Shown piece by piece: positions 61,201-64,000 of a DNA stretch of 64,000 nt. Location: contig OZ220732.1 in the NCBI GenBank assembly GCA_965116905.1, forward strand, positions 384,001 to 448,000, written 5' to 3'. Under the pieces are notes generated by a model that was given only the letters and a program-made list of their open reading frames with translations, was not told the origin of the DNA and ran no database searches. This DNA is from Longimicrobiales bacterium. Its GTDB lineage: Bacteria; Gemmatimonadota; Gemmatimonadetes; Longimicrobiales; Gaopeijiaceae. The translations under genes and the position numbers were made by a program. The stretch's first letter is position 1; each line of letters starts with the position of its first letter.

Positions 61201-63109
61201 TGTAGATCGACGAGTCGGCATGACCGCCCCCCTCCCGCAGCTCGAACAGCGAAACGTTGATGATGCGGAGCCCGCAGTTCTCCAGAACCGGCATGAAATC
61301 GGACAGAACGATCTGGTGCTCCCGGATATAGATCTTGAGCTCGCAACCGTCGACCGTCTCCGCGTTCTCGAAGAAGCGGACCGACTCCATGCGCCCGTCC
61401 ACCTTCATGGCCTCGATCTGGGCGATGTCCCGCACCGCCGCCGCCGCCTCGGTCGCGGCACGGTACTCCGGCGCAAACGCACCGGCGTAGTGGCGGGCCA
61501 TGCGACGGGCCTCGTCCGGGGGCCGCATCTCGCCCAGGAGGTCCCGCACCTCGTCCAGCCACGACCGCGTCAGGCTGGTCACGGTCGCCTTCAGATCGCG
61601 CCAGTCGATCTCCGCCAGCCGCTTCGGCGGACCGCCGAGGTAGAAGTGCAGCCGCGCCTGGTCCCCGGCGCTCAACGCCAGATGGTAGTTGAGTACCTCG
61701 ACCTTGTAGCGCTTCCCCAGCGACGCTTCGAATTCCCGCCGGAAGGCCCCCGAGAACCGCGTCCGGGGCATGACGACCATGATCGACACGCCGCGCCCCA
61801 GCGCATCGTGACGCACCGAGACGAAGATCTCGGCGGTGTTGTACCGGGTCAGGATCGTGCGGATATCCTTGGCGACCTCCTCCGCCGACGCCAGAAAGAG
61901 CTCCTCCTTGGGCAGCGACCCGAAGATCGTGATGATCTCCTTGTAGTCGTGCTGTCCCTCGGACACGCCCGCCTGTTCCAGCACCTCCTCGAGCTTCTGC
62001 CGGAGGATCGGAATGTCCTGCGCCGGCTCCGAATACGCCCGCGAGGTAAACAGCCCCAAAAAGCGGTGTTCGCCGGCGACCGAGCCGTCGGCGCGCAGCT
62101 TCTTGACGCCGATATAGTCCATCCTCGCGCGACGGTGAACGGTCGACTCGGCGTTGGTCTTGCTGATGATCAAGAGCGGCCCGGACAGCGCCCGCTCGCG
62201 CATCTGGTCGGACAGCGCGCTCATGGGCACGGGACGTGCGAATGCCGACGCCTGCTCTTCCTGCAGAATGCCCAGTCCCGACCCGACGTCGACCATCACG
62301 GCGTCCTCGCCACCCGGTTCATGCGGCCCGAAGGTGTAGGACCGGTAGCCGAGGAAGACGAAGCCCCCGTCGCGCAGCCACCTCAGGAACGCCTGGATCT
62401 CGCGGAACTCGTCGCGGCGGTCCCGCACGTCGCGCATCCGGAAGCCCAGCTCCGAGACGACATCGGCGATCTTGTCCACCATGAGGCCGAAGTCGTCCGT
62501 GGCCTTCACCACGTCCTCCAGCCGCCGGGCCGTCTCCGCGCGGAGAGACTCGCGGGCCTCCTCGTCCGCGACGCGGGCCAGTTCGACGTACACCACCGAT
62601 TCGGTGTTGTCGGGGGCGTCCGGCGCGTTCAGGTCCGTGATCCACCCGCCCTCGTCCCTTTCCACGGTCATCAGCGGGTAGACGAAGTGCGCGATCTGGA
62701 GGTCCTGCGCCGACAGAAACTCCCGGATCGTGTCCACGATGAACGGCCGCTCGGAAACGTTGGTCTGAAGGATCGTGACCGGCGCCTGCCAGCCGGCGTC
62801 CTCCAGGTCGGGGTTCAGGACCTCCACATCGACCCGGTCCGGACGGCTGCGATCCAGGAAGTCGAGCGACTCCACGCACATTCGGGCCAGGTCCTCCGGC
62901 TTCCGCTCCTCCAGAAGCTCCATCGTGGCCTTGCCGAGGAAGAAGGGAACGAACTTCCGGAGGAGTCGATAGCGATCGTCCTCCACCGAGTCCTTGAGGA
63001 ATTCGAGCACCGCTGCAATTGCCTGGGTGCTGGCCGGGGACGCGGAAGGATCGCCTGTCTGGGTCATTCGTCGCGGATTCGCTCGGCGTGGACGGTGGCG
63101 GGACGTCAT
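58175..63109 (-). CDS. Large NAD-specific glutamate dehydrogenase
   Basis: About 1630 aa; RGGIRHSDR, VKNAVIVP.GSKGGF, AADKGTA and GIGDMSGDVFGNG; start may be 63067. Confidence 0.93.
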   Translation of the reverse strand: MTSRHRPRRANPRRMTQTGDPSASPASTQAIAAVLEFLKDSVEDDRYRLLRKFVPFFLGKATMELLEERKPEDLARMCVESLDFLDRSRPDRVDVEVLNPDLEDAGWQAPVTILQTNVSERPFIVDTIREFLSAQDLQIAHFVYPLMTVERDEGGWITDLNAPDAPDNTESVVYVELARVADEEARESLRAETARRLEDVVKATDDFGLMVDKIADVVSELGFRMRDVRDRRDEFREIQAFLRWLRDGGFVFLGYRSYTFGPHEPGGEDAVMVDVGSGLGILQEEQASAFARPVPMSALSDQMRERALSGPLLIISKTNAESTVHRRARMDYIGVKKLRADGSVAGEHRFLGLFTSRAYSEPAQDIPILRQKLEEVLEQAGVSEGQHDYKEIITIFGSLPKEELFLASAEEVAKDIRTILTRYNTAEIFVSVRHDALGRGVSIMVVMPRTRFSGAFRREFEASLGKRYKVEVLNYHLALSAGDQARLHFYLGGPPKRLAEIDWRDLKATVTSLTRSWLDEVRDLLGEMRPPDEARRMARHYAGAFAPEYRAATEAAAAVRDIAQIEAMKVDGRMESVRFFENAETVDGCELKIYIREHQIVLSDFMPVLENCGLRIINVSLFELREGGGHADSSIYSFDVQTADGTRIDIEARGPVLSEAILAIRNGEATNDGFNRLIRPTGMAWREVEVLRAYAHYAFQIGAVPSRQVLRAALDSHPAIGLLLFRLFEARFDPDGAAGGGTDGRRAREVRHPRAPDLADRIAEELVGVSSLAHDRALRAFQKVIEATVRTNYYRTGGRAPTVRSGGVPYISFKFDSELLESVVRSRLKYEVWVRSSRMEGIHLRGASVARGGIRHSDRPDDFRTEVLGLVLTQMVKNAVIVPSGSKGGFVCLRSLPDRDAMAHEAREQYCTLMRGLLDITDNLNGESEPPDGVIRHDGFDPYLVVAADKGTAPFSDTANGVAADYGFWLDDAFASGGSNGYDHKKVGITAGGAWESVKRHFREMGRDIQEDAFTVAGIGDMSGDVFGNGMLLSRAIHLVAAFDHRHVFLDPSPDPESSFRERERLFRLGRSSWDDYDREKLSRGGMIVPRGVKSVDLNDEVRAVLGLEPDVATLDGESLIRAVLSAPVDLLWNGGIGTYVKATTESHADAGDASNDAVRIDVGDLRAKVVGEGGNLGFTQAARVEYALAGGRINTDALDNSGGVNLSDREVNLKILLNEALGAGLVTREERNELLHRLTDTVASLVLADNESGCQAVSLDEYRARRGMDHYWALMGHLSRTGLLDRDAEGLPSWDELTARQEANQSLTRPELSVLLAYAKLYLKSALLASDLPDDPSASGYFHEYFPGEALELVGLERAANHRLRREIVACQLTNDLVDLMGSVFIDRLMRETGRGAAEIARAWLVAARLTRHDSLLADIRSREGQVSAAVTYRWTMGLARVLERTTRWVLTNCDPEESTTALIEGSLNGLEALRGQFHDIVAGEDRANFETRVAALMPQAGDEAFVRNLVALRFLDHLLEILRLARTTGTNPVSAARVYYWVTEELRIPWLTGCIERVSGEGKWQQRWALGLINDLGAIRRNLTQDALGGSDALSGALGFDEDESQLARFHDILSEVEAEEPVSLAGLSVAIQQIRYLAWGR

Positions 63110-63188
63110 GGCAATCTCGGAAAACCCGACCGATGCCGCCAGACGTTACCTTAGAACGGTCGGCCTACCCGTACCCCGAGGCGGCGCA

Positions 63189-64000
63189 TTGCGTTTCATC
63201 CACATCGCCGATGTTCACCTCGACACCGCCTTCGCGGGCCGGTCGGAAGACGTGCGAAGCCGGCTGCGTAAGGCCGCCCGCGAAGCGTTTGCGAGGTGCG
63301 TCGATACCGCAGTGTCGGAAGGAGTTCACGCGGTTCTCATCGCGGGCGACCTCTTCGACGGGCCGCGTCTGTCGTTCGGCGACGAGGGTCTCCTGTTGCG
63401 GCAGCTCGGCGCCCTGGAACGCGCGGGCATCCAGGTGGTATTCGCAACCGGCAATCACGACCCGGGGAGCGGGCAGAGCGTGCGGGACCTGGCCTGGCCG
63501 GACAACGTCACGGTGATTGCCGACGGCGAACCGGTCACGGCAGCCATCGTGAACCGCGAGGGCGATCCGGTCGGGTACGTGACCGGCGCGGGGCACGCGA
63601 CCGCCCGCGAGACCGCAGACCTCGCCCGCCGCCTCAGGCCGCCCGCCACGACCACGAGCCGGCTGCCCCGGGTGGCCTTGCTCCACACCCAGGTCACGTC
63701 CGCCAGCGGCAGCGAGCTTCACCAGCCCTACGCGCCGTCCAACCTGGAATTCCTGCGCGGCGCGGGCTTCGACTACTGGGCGCTCGGACACGTCCACCAG
63801 CGTCAGGAGCTCTCGACCGATCCGCCCGTCCACTACCCCGGCAACCTTCAGGGCCGCAACCCCCGCGAGACGGGGGCCAAGGGCGGCCTGCTCGTCGATC
63901 TTCACGACCCTGGGCATCCGGAGGTGGAATTCAGGGAGTTCACGCGCGTGCGCTGGGAGAAGCTCGCCCTCGCGGGACCCGAGGGAGCGCGCACGATGGA
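63189..64000 (+). CDS. SbcD/Mre11-like (YhaO) metallophosphoesterase nuclease, partial
   Basis: Translated by hand: FIHIADVHLD, AGDLFD, GNHD, ALGHVH and YPGNLQGR; runs off the window end. Confidence 0.88.
   Translation, partial: MRFIHIADVHLDTAFAGRSEDVRSRLRKAAREAFARCVDTAVSEGVHAVLIAGDLFDGPRLSFGDEGLLLRQLGALERAGIQVVFATGNHDPGSGQSVRDLAWPDNVTVIADGEPVTAAIVNREGDPVGYVTGAGHATARETADLARRLRPPATTTSRLPRVALLHTQVTSASGSELHQPYAPSNLEFLRGAGFDYWALGHVHQRQELSTDPPVHYPGNLQGRNPRETGAKGGLLVDLHDPGHPEVEFREFTRVRWEKLALAGPEGARTM

Noticed and set aside
59969..63154. 1061-aa ORF antisense to NAD-GDH, and similar long ORFs at 35827-39033, 17241-20297, 48046-50850 and 3665-6310
   Set aside because: Shadow frames of GC3-biased real genes; no recognisable motifs.

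Overview
High-GC bacterial chromosomal window with about 55 genes. I recognised no rRNA, tRNA, CRISPR array, integrase or transposase. Gene style (many Tat/lipoprotein-exported hydrolases, M8-like and propeller-like lipoproteins, several TA modules) suggests a Gemmatimonadota-like, possibly host-associated, organism; this is inference only. Main content: exported peptidases and hydrolases (M28, M81, S41 tricorn, M14, serine hydrolase, PhoX, DUF885, amidases); a Tat-exported PaoABC-like molybdo-flavoenzyme operon that also encodes a cytochrome b; a dispersed form II coxSLM-D-E cluster with split xdhC and sufU; three type II TA modules; rtcB; a MacB/FtsX-type ABC operon; ppx, a large NAD-GDH and a partial SbcD-like nuclease. 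Best leads: (1) an un-called 19-aa peptide with 9 Cys directly behind arsR, forming a complete two-gene unit with operator and hairpin; (2) an ABC permease apparently split into two complementary genes, one half fused to an AttH/CrtC-like domain; (3) two genes that appear to require CTG starts; (4) an M8-like protease with HExxH changed to HQxxH. All family calls come from motif recognition by eye, not from database searches.
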